From Promethearchaeia archaeon (GTDB lineage: Archaea; Asgardarchaeota; Lokiarchaeia; Sigyniarchaeales; SOKP01), in contig JAHQWK010000030.1 in NCBI GenBank assembly GCA_029856145.1, forward strand, positions 1-64,000: DNA of 64,000 nt, in the 5' to 3' direction. Shown one piece after another: positions 18,382 through 30,100 of the stretch (position 1 is the first letter of the stretch; each line of letters opens with the position of its first letter). The notes beneath the pieces are model-generated. The model searched no databases. It was not told the DNA's origin and was given only the letters and a program-made list of their open reading frames with translations. A program made the translations under genes and the position numbers.

Positions 18382-20706
18382 TTATTGTTTTCTTTTCTTT
18401 TTTCTTCTAATTAACAATATGCTTGCTATACCTATCACTGCTCCTCCACCAATAATCGAAGCTAGAATAATTAATTCGATAGGAATAGCTCCATCTGCTG
18501 TTATTTCTCCAACAGTCATAGTAACTGTGTGGGTCGTAAAATGACTATAAATATCCGTAAAATTCACCGTATAGATATATTGACCTTTGGATAGACCATC
18601 TGGAACATTATACGAAATTGCCGTGCCATTTGACCACATACTCGGACCAACTACGATACCAGACCCCTGAAGCTCAATCGTGAAATTGCTTGGGTTTGGA
18701 TCTACTGCCGTCCATGAAATATTTTGCCCTGTATAACCGAGTTCTACACTGAAGTCACTTGGTGAGCTTGTTAATATCGGGTTTACAACATGACTTCGAA
18801 TTTGAATGATGGCCAAACCTGGATAAAAATCTGCTAAATAGGCATAATCTCCGCTCACCCAAATGTCTGTAGAGATTCCATCCGTATTTTCGTATATGGG
18901 CATTCCTGGATTGGTAGGGTCAGAAATGTCAATAACCGCTAAACCTGAGGTACCATCAGCTACATAGGCGTAATCTCCGCTCACGTGAACGTCCCGTGCT
19001 ACACCAGCTGTATCCATATATATAGGTACCCCTGGATTAGTCGGGTCGGAAATGTCAATGATCGCTAAGCCTGAAAGTCCATCTGCTATATAGGCATAAT
19101 CTCCGCTTATGTAGACATCATTTGCAGAATGAGCCGTATTTCTATATATGGGTGTCCCAGGATTGGTAGGGTCAGAAATGTCAAGAATCGCCAAGCCTGA
19201 ATTTTCAACTCCTACATAAGCATAATCCCCCTCCACGTAAACACTAAGTGCAAAACCAGCTAAGCCTACGCCTTTAGGCAGTCCTGGGTTGGTTGGATCA
19301 GAAACATCAATGATCTCCAAACCTGGGGTACCATCAGCTACATAGGCATAATCTCCGCTCACATAAACATCATTTGCAATAAAACCCGTATCTTCATACA
19401 CGGGTGTTCCCGGGTTGGTCGGGTCAGATATATTAATGATCGCTAAGCCCGACGTATCAACCGCTACATAGGCGTAATCTCCGTCCACGTAAACCTTACG
19501 TGCAGCTCCGCTTGTACTCTCATGTATGGCTATTCCGGGATTGATTGGATCAGAAATATCAATGATAGCTAAGCCTCCAAGACGAGAAGCCATATAAGCA
19601 TAATTACCGCTAACATAAACTCCATCTGCATGAGAATTAGTGTTTTCATATACAGGGGTTGTTGGATTTATCGGTTCGGAAATTTCAACGACTGCTAAAC
19701 CCGCATTTTCCTCAGCCACATAGGCATAATCCCCGTCTACGTAAACTCCATGTGCAGAATCCGCTGTGTTTTCGTATACATGCAGTCCTGGGTTGGTTGG
19801 ATCAGAAATGTCAATAACCGCTAAGCCTGAAAGACTATCCGCTACATAGGCATAATCTCCATATACGTAAACATCATATGCTGATCCGGTCGTATCTTCA
19901 TAAACGGGCGTTCCCGGGTTGGTAGGATCGGAAATGTCAATAACCGCCAAGCCTGAAAGACTATCCGCTACATAGGCATAATCTCCGGTCACATAAACGC
20001 CCACTGCACTTCCGATCGTGTCTTCGTAGATGGGTGTTCCTGGATTGGTTGGGTTGGATATATCAATGACCGCTAAACCTTCATCTCCATCTGCTACATA
20101 GACAAAATCTCCACTCACGTAAACATCAAATGCAAGTCCGATCGTATCTTCGTAAAAAGGCGTTCCCGGGTCAGTCGGGTCGGATATATTGATAACCGCT
20201 AAGCCTGAGCCATAATCAGCCATATAGGCAAAATCTCCGCTCACGTAAACATTATATGACGATCCGGTTGTATCTTCGTAAAATGGCGTTCCCGGGTCAG
20301 TCGGGTTGGATATATTGATAACCGCTAAGCCAGACCCATAATCTGCCACATAGGCATAATCTCCATACACGTAAACATCATATGCTGATCCGGTCGTATC
20401 TTCGTAAAATGGCGTTCCCGGGTCGGTCGGGACTGAAATATTAATTACTGCTAAGCCCGAAGAACCATCTGCTACATAGACATAATCTCCACTCACGTAA
20501 ACACTTTTTGCCTGTCCAGTTGTATCTTCGTGGAATACATTAGATATTTTAAGGATAGATGTAGTAATATCTTCTATTATCTTTGCGTTACTTCTTCTAT
20601 TACTTGCTAATAAATTTGGGATTATGACTAATGTTATAAAAATCGTGATTACAAACCAAATATTTACTTTTTTCCTCTTATTTGTTTTATATTTGCAATT
20701 TTTCAT
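18382..20706 (-). CDS. LVIVD-repeat beta-propeller surface protein with Ig-like domain and C-terminal TM anchor
   Basis: N-terminal hydrophobic segment, 14 repeats of ~42 aa (VYVSGDYAYVAD..SGLAVIDISDPTNPG), C-terminal TM and RRKKKRKQ. The start is ATG 20706 or 20745. Confidence 0.9.
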   Translation of the reverse strand: MKNCKYKTNKRKKVNIWFVITIFITLVIIPNLLASNRRSNAKIIEDITTSILKISNVFHEDTTGQAKSVYVSGDYVYVADGSSGLAVINISVPTDPGTPFYEDTTGSAYDVYVYGDYAYVADYGSGLAVINISNPTDPGTPFYEDTTGSSYNVYVSGDFAYMADYGSGLAVINISDPTDPGTPFYEDTIGLAFDVYVSGDFVYVADGDEGLAVIDISNPTNPGTPIYEDTIGSAVGVYVTGDYAYVADSLSGLAVIDISDPTNPGTPVYEDTTGSAYDVYVYGDYAYVADSLSGLAVIDISDPTNPGLHVYENTADSAHGVYVDGDYAYVAEENAGLAVVEISEPINPTTPVYENTNSHADGVYVSGNYAYMASRLGGLAIIDISDPINPGIAIHESTSGAARKVYVDGDYAYVAVDTSGLAIINISDPTNPGTPVYEDTGFIANDVYVSGDYAYVADGTPGLEIIDVSDPTNPGLPKGVGLAGFALSVYVEGDYAYVGVENSGLAILDISDPTNPGTPIYRNTAHSANDVYISGDYAYIADGLSGLAIIDISDPTNPGVPIYMDTAGVARDVHVSGDYAYVADGTSGLAVIDISDPTNPGMPIYENTDGISTDIWVSGDYAYLADFYPGLAIIQIRSHVVNPILTSSPSDFSVELGYTGQNISWTAVDPNPSNFTIELQGSGIVVGPSMWSNGTAISYNVPDGLSKGQYIYTVNFTDIYSHFTTHTVTMTVGEITADGAIPIELIILASIIGGGAVIGIASILLIRRKKKRKQ

Positions 20707-20869
20707 TAATTCGCACCTTTTTCTAAAATTATGTAAATAGTCCATAAGCTTGATCGTTTATATGTTTTTGTTAAATTTTAAATTATTTTACATTAAGTTT
20801 TATTCCTTTTTAGAATATGTAGGACAAATTCTTAACTATTAAGATTAGAATTTTGTAAAATTCCTGAAA

Positions 20870-20921
20870 GGTAAATTCAGAGTCTGATTTTAATGAAAAT
20901 TTAGTAGAAAAAGAAAAAGTG
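20870..20921. repeat. Direct repeat, copy 2
   Basis: GGTAAATTCAGAGTCTGATTTTAATGAAAA matches 18275-18304. Confidence 0.85.
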
Positions 20922-20980
20922 TAAGAAATAATCACAGAAGTATTGCTTTAATAAGATGGAAAAATAGTAAAAATAATATA

Positions 20981-21529
20981 TCACATTTGTTTTTTTGGAA
21001 ATCCTATCCAACGTGATACTTGATTCATGTAATCTTTATATTCTTCTTCAAATTCTAATATCAAGTATTTTTCTTCATAATGGGCAAAGTATGAATAAAG
21101 TGCGAATATTCCCATAGAATAAATAAATCCAATAACTGAAAATGTCGCGATATTAAGACTAAAATACAATAATATAGCGCTTAAATACATGGGATGACGG
21201 GAGTATCGAAATGGTCCATTTCTAATCACATGTGGAGGTGTTCGAATCTCACCATATATAATTTTCAGACTTTTTTTTGCAATTCTAAGAGCAATGATGA
21301 TAATTGGAACAGCAATTATTAGTCTGAAATACCATTTTAAGATATTTTGAATTGATGACATCAATTGAATTAGATTTAAATCTATTAGTATTGCAATTAT
21401 GAATCCAGTAAAACAGATTATTTGCTTTAAATCACATTTTGATGAGGTTTTTCCCAAATCAATACGATCTTGATATTTAACTTGATTCGCTTTTAATCCT
21501 TTACTGCTTGAATTTTTGTTTGTTATCAT
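20981..21529 (-). CDS. Isoprenylcysteine carboxyl methyltransferase/PEMT family membrane protein
   Basis: NGPFRYSRHPMYLS and EEKYL..EF.EEYKDY...V.RW motifs. Confidence 0.85.
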   Translation of the reverse strand: MITNKNSSSKGLKANQVKYQDRIDLGKTSSKCDLKQIICFTGFIIAILIDLNLIQLMSSIQNILKWYFRLIIAVPIIIIALRIAKKSLKIIYGEIRTPPHVIRNGPFRYSRHPMYLSAILLYFSLNIATFSVIGFIYSMGIFALYSYFAHYEEKYLILEFEEEYKDYMNQVSRWIGFPKKQM

Positions 21530-21613
21530 TTTGTTTTAGGTATATTTTTTATATTTACTATAATATTAATATTTAATACATTATTTATAAATCAAAAAGT
21601 GCGATTTGAATGA

Positions 21614-21637
21614 GTAAGTATAAGTTCTTATACTTAC
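21614..21637. promoter_or_regulatory. Perfect palindrome GTAAGTATAAG-TT-CTTATACTTAC, candidate HxlR-family operator
   Basis: 11-bp perfect arms between the divergent methyltransferase and hxlR-like genes. Confidence 0.7.
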
Positions 21638-21670
21638 ACTATTTTAATCCAAATTTCATGGGTGGTAAAA

Positions 21671-22126
21671 ATGGGATATTCTTTAGAAAAGAAAAAAGAG
21701 GAATTAAAAGAAATGATTGAATTAATTCCAAAAATGCAAGAATCTGTTCGAAATGGATTAAAAAAGCATTTCCAAGGATTAAATAAACAAAATAAGGGTT
21801 CTATTGAATTTGAATTACATTCATTACGAAAGGCGATAGAAATTCTTGATTCAAAATATGTTTTAGACATTATATTCGTTTTAAGTAGAGAGGGGGAAAG
21901 TTTTTTTTTTAATGAATTAAAATCCATGTTATCTCATGTTAATGTAGGAACATTATCAAAACGGCTGAAAGAATTGGAAAAGGATAAAGTTATTGATCGA
22001 AAAGTGTATCCTAATGAACGTCCAATTCGTGTGAGTTACAGCTTAACTAAAATGGGGTATGGCATGTTTTATTTACTTCTTCCAATGTTGGTTTATGTTA
22101 CCTATATTGATGAATTTCTTAATTGA
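21671..22126 (+). CDS. HxlR/DUF24-family winged-helix regulator
   Basis: FNELK...VNVGTLSKRLKELEKDKVIDRKVYPNERPIRVSYSLTKMG. Confidence 0.85.
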   Translation: MGYSLEKKKEELKEMIELIPKMQESVRNGLKKHFQGLNKQNKGSIEFELHSLRKAIEILDSKYVLDIIFVLSREGESFFFNELKSMLSHVNVGTLSKRLKELEKDKVIDRKVYPNERPIRVSYSLTKMGYGMFYLLLPMLVYVTYIDEFLN

Positions 22127-22683
22127 ACTAATCCTCCCTAAAATCGATATAATGGCTAAGTCATGTTGTATTTGGTAGTCTATCTCTAATTTGATTTAAT
22201 ATCTTAATAATAAACTCTTCTCCAGTAGCAACATCAATGCTTTCTCCATTTTCTGCATTATTTTAATGATTCTTGATCGATTCTGCTAACTTTAATGAGA
22301 AATGTGTTGGAGATGGATCATAATATTATTTATTATTATCATCATCTAACATTATGTAGACAATGGACAATTTTAAAATATTCTCCTACTCAAATCCATC
22401 ATTTCCACAAGAAAAGTTCCCAATTTGGATCTCATTCTTTTAATTACTTAACAAAAACGAACAAAACATTCAGAAAGTCTAAAGAAAGATGGGAATTATG
22501 ACCGATTACGAAAAATCAAACACAAAAGATGTTTGGGACTGATCATTCACAAAGTGAAAAATGTAGGATATTGATCATTTATTATAAAAATATTTATATA
22601 ATTACATTTCTTTATTTTTTAATCAACGGAAAAAAAGATGCGGAAAACAACTCTTTATCAAAAAAATTAAAAAGTGTTAAATA

Positions 22684-25600
22684 ATGGAAGGATCAGTATT
22701 AGTTATTGGTGGGGGGATTGCAGGGATACAAACTTCTTTGGATTTAACTGAATTAGGCTTTAAAGTTTACTTAGTAGAAAAGACTCCTTCAATTGGAGGA
22801 AGAATGGCTCAACTTGATAAAACCTTTCCAACAAATGATTGCAGTTTATGTATTCTTGCCCCTAAAATGGTGGAAGTATTTAGAAATCCTAACATTGAAT
22901 TAATGACTTATCATGAAGTTCAAAAAGTCTCTGGAAAGCCAGGAAATTTTGTGGCTACAGTCTTTAAGAAACCTCGTTATATTGATGAGACTAAATGTAA
23001 AGGATGTGGTGACTGTGCTACTAAATGTCCAAAAATTGAATTCCCTAACATATTTGATATGAATCTAGGTAAAAGAAAATCTATTTACATTCCATTTCCT
23101 CAAGCAGTACCCCCTGTATATTTAATTGACCCTGAATTATGTTTAAAACTCACTAAAGGAGTATGCGGAGTTTGTGAAAAAGTTTGTAAGGCAGAAGCAA
23201 TAGATTTTGAACAAAAACCTCAAGAAATTAAATTAAACGTTGGTGCTATCGTTGTTGCTACTGGATATGATGTATTAGGAGAAGAGTTAACCTCAAGATG
23301 GGGTTATAATTATAAAAATGTAGTAAATGCTTTAGAATATGAAAGGATGCTGTCTGCGTCTGGTCCGTTTGGAGGTCACATTTTAAGACCAAGTGATGAG
23401 AAAGAGCCAGAAATAATAGGATTTATTCAATGTGCGGGGTCAAGGGATTTACGCGAGGGAATTCCCTATTGCTCTTCAGTTTGTTGTATGTATATAGCTA
23501 AGGAAGCAATCATAACTAAGGAACACTCTGAACAATCCAAATGTTTTGTATTCAGGCATGATGTTAGAGCTTATGGTAAAAACTTTTATGAATTTACCCA
23601 GAGAGCTCAGGAAGAATATGGAGTAAAATATTTCCAGACTAAAATTAGTAGAATAATAGAAGATCCAGAAACAAATGATTTAGTAATTCATTATGAAGAT
23701 CTAAAAACGGGTGAATTTAAGGATTTTAAGGCAAATCTAGTGGTGTTAGCTACACCTCTTGTCCCTTCAGCTGGAACTAAGGAATTAGCGAAAGTTGTAG
23801 ATATCGAGTTGGATGATTATAATTTTTTTAAAGAGAAATCATATTATAATAAATCTTTATCCTCTAAAGAGGGCTTTTTTTTAGCTGGTTTTTGTCAAGG
23901 TCCAATGGATATACCAGAAACGGTAGCTGACGCTAGTGGGGTAGCTTCACAAGTAGCGATTCTACTTAATTCCTTTAAATTTACTGAAACAAAAGAGAAA
24001 ATTATTGAGATACCAGAAAAAATAGTTAAAGAAACAGATATAACCAGAATTGGAGTCATTATCTGTCATTGTGGTATCAATATTGGAAAATACATTGATA
24101 TTCCTCAAGTTATAGAACACATAAAAACATTGCCTAATGTAGTCTTTTGTGAAGATAATTTGTATTCTTGTAGTTCAGATTCTCAAGAACGAATTAAAGA
24201 AGTAATAGGTGAATATAATTTAAATAGATTTATTGTAGCTTCTTGTACGCCAAGAACACACGAATCTCTATTCCAGGAGACATGCCAAGAAGCGGGATTA
24301 AATAAATACTTATTTGAAATGGTGAATATCCGTGATCAATGTTCATGGGTACATATGACAGAAAAAGAGCTTGCTACGGAAAAAGCAATTGATTTAATAA
24401 GAATGGGTGTTGCTAAATCAAGATTATTAAAATCACAAGAAGAAAAGAAATTGAAAATCACTCAAACTGCAATGGTAATCGGTGGAGGAATATCCGGAAT
24501 GACTGCTGCATTAAACATAGCTAATCAAGGATTTATTGTTTATCTTATAGAAAAAGAGAAATATTTAGGTGGAAATTTAAGATACTTAAATATGCTATAT
24601 CCTACTCAAGAGGATGCTTCAGTCTTACTAAACGAAACCATAGAAAAGGTTGAACAGAATAAGAATATTCAAATCTTTTCAAATTCTGATTTAAAAGATA
24701 TTAATGGATATCTTGGTAATTATAATGTTTCACTTATCGATTCAGATAATAAAATTCATGAGTTAAAAATTGGCACTATTATTGTTGCCACTGGAGGACA
24801 AGAATTAAAACCTAATGAATTTTTTGAATATAAATATACGAACCACAATGTAATTACACAATTACAACTAGAACAGAAATTAAAGGATGAAGATAATTCA
24901 TGGCTTGATAAACTTAATCACATTACTACTCTATTATGTGTTAATGCTAGACAAGAAAAAGGGATAACATATTGTTCAAATATATGTTGTGAAAGTGCTA
25001 TAAAGAATATTAATATCTTAAAGGAATTAAAGCAAGACCTTAAACTAATTGTTCTTTATAGAGATCTTCAAATGGCAAAGAAAGAATTTGAAAGATATTA
25101 TCGTGAACGAAGAAAAGATGCCATTTTTTTGAGATATGATTTAGATAATCCGCCTGTAATTAAAGAGAAAAATAGTGGAACAAGTAAGTTTGAAATTAAA
25201 GTATTTGATACCAATTTACAAGATAATATCAAATTTGATACAGATTTATTAGTATTATCCACACCTATGATTCCCGCTGACAATTTAGATGAGCTAGCAA
25301 AAATGCTCAAGGTTCCTCTAGACAAAAATGGTTTCTTTTTAGAGGCTCATGTTAAATTGAGACCGTTAGATTTTGCTACTGATGGAATATTCTTATGTGG
25401 ATGTGCCCAATGGCCAAAAAATATACAAGATTCAATATCACAAGGAAATGGTGCCGCAGGAAGAGCATGTAGGTTTTTAAGCGCAGAGGAAATTACCACA
25501 TCTGGATTAATAGCGGAAGTAGATCCAGAGATGTGTATCGGATGTGGAACATGTGAGGAAGCATGTTCCTATAGCGCAATAGAAATTATAAGTGTCATGA

Positions 25601-25764
25601 AGGAATTTGAAGAAGTAAGTCTACCAATAAAAAAATCTTCTGTAAATTCAAGTTTATGCAAAGGATGTGGTACTTGTGCGGTGAATTGTCCAGTTGGGGC
25701 AATTTCTATTAAGCATTACGATTTTGAACAAATAAATGCTATGATTAGGACATTAGCAATGTAA
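22684..25764 (+). CDS. hdrA: Large double-FAD HdrA-family protein (Cys form)
   Basis: Same architecture as 14688 and closely similar to 27194. Confidence 0.9.
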   Translation: MEGSVLVIGGGIAGIQTSLDLTELGFKVYLVEKTPSIGGRMAQLDKTFPTNDCSLCILAPKMVEVFRNPNIELMTYHEVQKVSGKPGNFVATVFKKPRYIDETKCKGCGDCATKCPKIEFPNIFDMNLGKRKSIYIPFPQAVPPVYLIDPELCLKLTKGVCGVCEKVCKAEAIDFEQKPQEIKLNVGAIVVATGYDVLGEELTSRWGYNYKNVVNALEYERMLSASGPFGGHILRPSDEKEPEIIGFIQCAGSRDLREGIPYCSSVCCMYIAKEAIITKEHSEQSKCFVFRHDVRAYGKNFYEFTQRAQEEYGVKYFQTKISRIIEDPETNDLVIHYEDLKTGEFKDFKANLVVLATPLVPSAGTKELAKVVDIELDDYNFFKEKSYYNKSLSSKEGFFLAGFCQGPMDIPETVADASGVASQVAILLNSFKFTETKEKIIEIPEKIVKETDITRIGVIICHCGINIGKYIDIPQVIEHIKTLPNVVFCEDNLYSCSSDSQERIKEVIGEYNLNRFIVASCTPRTHESLFQETCQEAGLNKYLFEMVNIRDQCSWVHMTEKELATEKAIDLIRMGVAKSRLLKSQEEKKLKITQTAMVIGGGISGMTAALNIANQGFIVYLIEKEKYLGGNLRYLNMLYPTQEDASVLLNETIEKVEQNKNIQIFSNSDLKDINGYLGNYNVSLIDSDNKIHELKIGTIIVATGGQELKPNEFFEYKYTNHNVITQLQLEQKLKDEDNSWLDKLNHITTLLCVNARQEKGITYCSNICCESAIKNINILKELKQDLKLIVLYRDLQMAKKEFERYYRERRKDAIFLRYDLDNPPVIKEKNSGTSKFEIKVFDTNLQDNIKFDTDLLVLSTPMIPADNLDELAKMLKVPLDKNGFFLEAHVKLRPLDFATDGIFLCGCAQWPKNIQDSISQGNGAAGRACRFLSAEEITTSGLIAEVDPEMCIGCGTCEEACSYSAIEIISVMKEFEEVSLPIKKSSVNSSLCKGCGTCAVNCPVGAISIKHYDFEQINAMIRTLAM

Positions 25765-25904
25765 GGTTAAATTAAAAAGAATTTAACGCTATCATATCTA
25801 TAATTTCTCATTTGACAATAGAGTTATTAATTCTAATCAGAAAAAATAAATTCTTTCTATTTTTTTTCTAATCATTATCAATTCAATTTTTAAAATTTGA
25901 ATAA

Positions 25905-27194
25905 TTGAATGAAGTGAATATTATTACTGAGACTAAAAAAACAGATGATTCAGAAGAACTCAGCGATGACATCAATTCTTACATTGAAAAAGTTTATGAA
26001 CCAAATATAAGGAAATTATTGTATAGATGTTATCAATGTGTTCGCTGTAGTGGTGTCTGTCAACTCAGCAAGGTTCAGACTTTTGAACCTAGTAGAATAA
26101 TTCAAATGATATTAGAGGGTTTTGAAGATAAAATTATTGAGAGTGGCATTTTATGGGATTGTTTAACTTGTAATGCTTGTCTTCAAAATTGTCCTGAAGG
26201 AATTAATTTTGCAGATATTGTTAGAATGACAAAATATAAAATGCGAGAATCGTATAATCAAAACCCGGATGATTTTATTGCTCATAAAGGTGTATATACC
26301 ACTATCTCAGAGATAATGAGTGAATCTCATATAATTCCAGAAAGATCCCTTGAATGGGTTCCTAAGGGATGTGAAATTTCAAAACAAGGAAAGATTATGT
26401 TTTATGTTGGGTGTTTACCCTATTTTAATTTTGAGTTTGAAAATTCAGATTCTATAGCAGAAAGCACTTTAAGCATACTTTGCCAGATTGAAAAAGAGCC
26501 AATTGTAGTTCTTCAAGATGAAATTTGTTGTGGACATGACCTTTATTGGGGTCAAGGAAAACTCAAAGAATTTATCAATTTGGGGAAGAGGAATATTAAA
26601 AGAATTGAAGAAACTGGAGTTAAGACAATAATTACGGCATGTGCTGAATGTTATAGGACATTTAAAGTAGATTATCCGAATTTATTTGAAAATTTTAATA
26701 AAAAATTCGTTATCAAACATTTAATTGAGTATGTCTATGAAAATTGGAAAGCAAATAAAATTGAATTTAAGAACCCATCTGAAAAAGAACAACCAATTCC
26801 ATTTACTTATCATGACCCATGTCGTCTAAGTAGATTTTTACCGAAAGATAGTAAGATAATAGATAATGTACGTGAAATTTTTTCTCATTTAAAGCAAATA
26901 GGATATGAATTTTCTGAAATGCTACATAATAAAACTGATGCTTTGTGCTGTGGAGTAAGTTCCTGGATGAATTGCAATGATCGCTCAAAAGCCTTACGCT
27001 ATAAAAGGTTATTAGAAGCAAAAGATGCAGGGGAAATAATGGTCACTTCATGTCCTAAGTGTAAAATACATTTGTCTTGTCTACAAGAAGACTATGAAGA
27101 TATCGCATCAATAGAAATAGTAGATTTTTCTGAATTCTTAGTTAATCTAATAACTATTGTAGATTCTAATCAAAAGGTGGAGGGAGAAAAATAA
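25905..27194 (+). CDS. HdrD/GlpC-like Fe-S oxidoreductase, paralog of 13411
   Basis: CYQCVRCSGVC, CLTCNACLQNCP and two CCG domains. Start position is uncertain. Confidence 0.88.
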   Translation: MNEVNIITETKKTDDSEELSDDINSYIEKVYEPNIRKLLYRCYQCVRCSGVCQLSKVQTFEPSRIIQMILEGFEDKIIESGILWDCLTCNACLQNCPEGINFADIVRMTKYKMRESYNQNPDDFIAHKGVYTTISEIMSESHIIPERSLEWVPKGCEISKQGKIMFYVGCLPYFNFEFENSDSIAESTLSILCQIEKEPIVVLQDEICCGHDLYWGQGKLKEFINLGKRNIKRIEETGVKTIITACAECYRTFKVDYPNLFENFNKKFVIKHLIEYVYENWKANKIEFKNPSEKEQPIPFTYHDPCRLSRFLPKDSKIIDNVREIFSHLKQIGYEFSEMLHNKTDALCCGVSSWMNCNDRSKALRYKRLLEAKDAGEIMVTSCPKCKIHLSCLQEDYEDIASIEIVDFSEFLVNLITIVDSNQKVEGEK

Positions 27195-30100
27195 TGGAGG
27201 GTTCAGTGTTAGTCATTGGAGGAGGTATAGCAGGAATTCAAATTTCTCTTGATCTCACCGAATTAGGATTTAAAGTTTATTTAGTGGAAAAATCACCTTC
27301 AATTGGAGGAAGAATGGCTCAATTGGATAAAACATTTCCAACATTAGATTGCTCTTTATGTATCTTAGCCCCAAAAATGGTTGAAGTGTTTCGGAATCCC
27401 AATATTGAATTGATGACTTACCATGAGGTTCTTCATATTGATGGTGAACCTGGTAATTTTACTGCCAAAATTCTAAAGAAACCTCGATATGTTGACGAGG
27501 AAAAATGTAAAGGTTGTGGTGATTGTGCTAATAAGTGTCCAAAAATTTTGGCTCCAAATCCTTTTGAAATGAATATTGGTAAAAGAAAATCTGTATATAT
27601 TCCTTTTCCTCAAGCGGTACCTCCTATCTACTTAATTGACTCAGAGATGTGTTTGTATTTACAAAAAGGAGTATGTCAAGTATGTAAAAAAGTATGCACT
27701 GCAGAAGCAATCGATTTTGAACAGAAACCTGAAGAATTTGACATTAAAGTTGGAGCTGTAGTGGTCGCAACTGGTTTTGAGATGCCTGCTGAAAACTTAT
27801 CTTCAAGATGGGGTTATAGATACGAAAATGTTGTAAGTGCTCTTGAATATGAAAGGATATTATGCGCATCTGGACCATTTGATGGGCATGTCATGAGATT
27901 AAGCGATGATAAAGAACCTGAGGTTATCGCTTTTGTTCAATGTGCAGGTTCAAGAGATCTTCATGAAAATGTACCTTTTTGTTCTAGCGTTTGTTGCACT
28001 TATACGGCAAAACAAGCAATAATAACCCAAGAACATTCGGATAATTCAGAATGTTATGTCTTTCGGCATGACATTCGTGCGTATGGTAAAAATTTCTATG
28101 AATTCACACAAAGAGCGCAAAAAGAATATGGAGTAAAATATTTTCAATCAAAAATAAGTACAATTAAAGAAGATCCTGATACTCAAGATCTATTCATACA
28201 TTATGAGGATTTAAAGACAGGTGAATTTAAAGATTTTCGTGCTAATTTGGTTGTTTTAGCATCACCCTTAGTTCCATCAAAAGGAGTTAAAGAATTAGGA
28301 TACTCTTTAGGAATTGAGTTAGATAAGTATAATTTTTTCCAAGAAAAGTCATATTTTGATAAATTAAAGTCTTCTAGAGATGGAGTTTTCTTATGTGGAT
28401 TTTGCCAAGGACCAATGGATATTCCAGAGACAGTTGCAGACGCTAGTGGAGTAGCAGCACAAATTGCTAATTTATTAAATTCCGTCAAATTTACTCAAAT
28501 GAAAGAGAAAGTATTTGATGTACCGGAAAAAGAAATTAAAATTACAGATGAACCAAGAATAGGAGTAATGGTTTGTCATTGTGGAATTAATATTGGAAAC
28601 TATGTAGATGTGCCAAGAGTAGTAGAATATGTTAAGGAATTACAAAATGTAGTGGTTTGTGAAGCAAATTTATACTCTTGTTCTTCTGATTCTCAAATAA
28701 GGATTAAGGAATTAATTGCTGAATATGATTTAAATCGGTTTATCGTAGCATCTTGCACTCCTAGGACCCACGAATCATTATTTCAAGAAACATGCCAAGA
28801 AGGAGGTCTGAACAAATATCTTTTTGAGCTTGTAAATATTCGAGATCAATGTTCCTGGGTTCACATGACAGAAAAAGAAGCAGCTACAGAAAAAGCTATA
28901 GATTTAATTAGGATGCATGTTGCTAAATCAAAATTATTAAAGCCACAAAAGGAAGATAAAGTTGACATTACACATACAGCATTAATTATTGGTGGGGGCG
29001 TTTCTGGTATGACCGCAGCGTTAAATATTGCTAATCAAGGATTTAAAGCATACCTTGTCGAAAAGGAAAGCGAATTAGGTGGAAACCTAAAATTTCTAAA
29101 TGTTTTGTATCCAGTTCATAAGAATGCCTTAGAATTTTTACGTGAATTAAAAGAGAAAATAGATAAAAACAACAATATTCAAGTATTCTTAAATGGTGGA
29201 ATTAAAAATATCAAAGGTTATGTTGGAAATTATGACGTAGTTATAAATGATTCAAATAACGAAATTCATGATGTAAAAATTGGAACAATAATAGTTGCTA
29301 CTGGAGGCCAAGAATTTAAACCATCAGGTCTTTTTGGGTATAATGATAAAAATAAGAATGTAATGACTCAATTGGAGTTAGAACAGAAATTACAAAATAA
29401 GGATCATTCATGGTTAGATCAAATTAATCGAGTAACAATAATTTTATGCGTAAATGCTAGACAAGATGAAGGTATAACCTACTGTTCTAATATCTGTTGT
29501 GCGAATTCAATAAAAAATGTTAGAATATTAAAAGAATTGAAGCCTGAATTAGAAATTGTTGTAATTTACAGAGATTTACAAATGGCTAAGAAAGAATTCG
29601 AGGAATACTATCGTGAACGTAGAAAGGACGCAATTTTTCTTAGATATGACTTAGAAAAGCTACCAGAAGTAAAAAAGAAAAAAGGTACTCCCGAAAAATT
29701 TCAGATAATAGTATTCGATACTAATTTAAAAGACAATCTTGAATTTGAAACAGATTTAATATTACTTTCGACACCCATGATTCCCGCAGATAATTTGAAA
29801 GAATTAGCAATGATGCTTAAAGTTCCATTAGATAAGAATGGTTTCTTCTTAGAAGCACATGTTAAATTACGACCTTTGGATTTTGCTACAGAAGGAATTT
29901 TCTTATGTGGATGTGCTCAATGGCCAAAGAATATTCAGGATTCAATTTCACAAGCTAATGGTGCTGCCGGTAGAGCAAGTAGGTTCCTAAGTGCAGATAA
30001 AATTACCACATCTGGATTAGTAGCTGAAGTCTCAGAAGAGAAATGCATTGGATGTGGAAAATGTGAAGATGTATGTCCTTATAAAGCAATAAGTCTCATA

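Noticed and set aside
18800-20530. Regular ~126-bp repeats as a CRISPR array
   Set aside because: They are in-frame coding LVIVD repeats with no unique spacers and no cas genes.
22150-22510. ORF 22295-22501 (+) and a stop-interrupted minus-strand frame (..PSPTHFSLKLAESIKNH*NNAENGESIDVATGEEF..)
   Set aside because: Possibly a decayed gene, but no family is recognisable. The stops are TAA, so this is not a selenoprotein.
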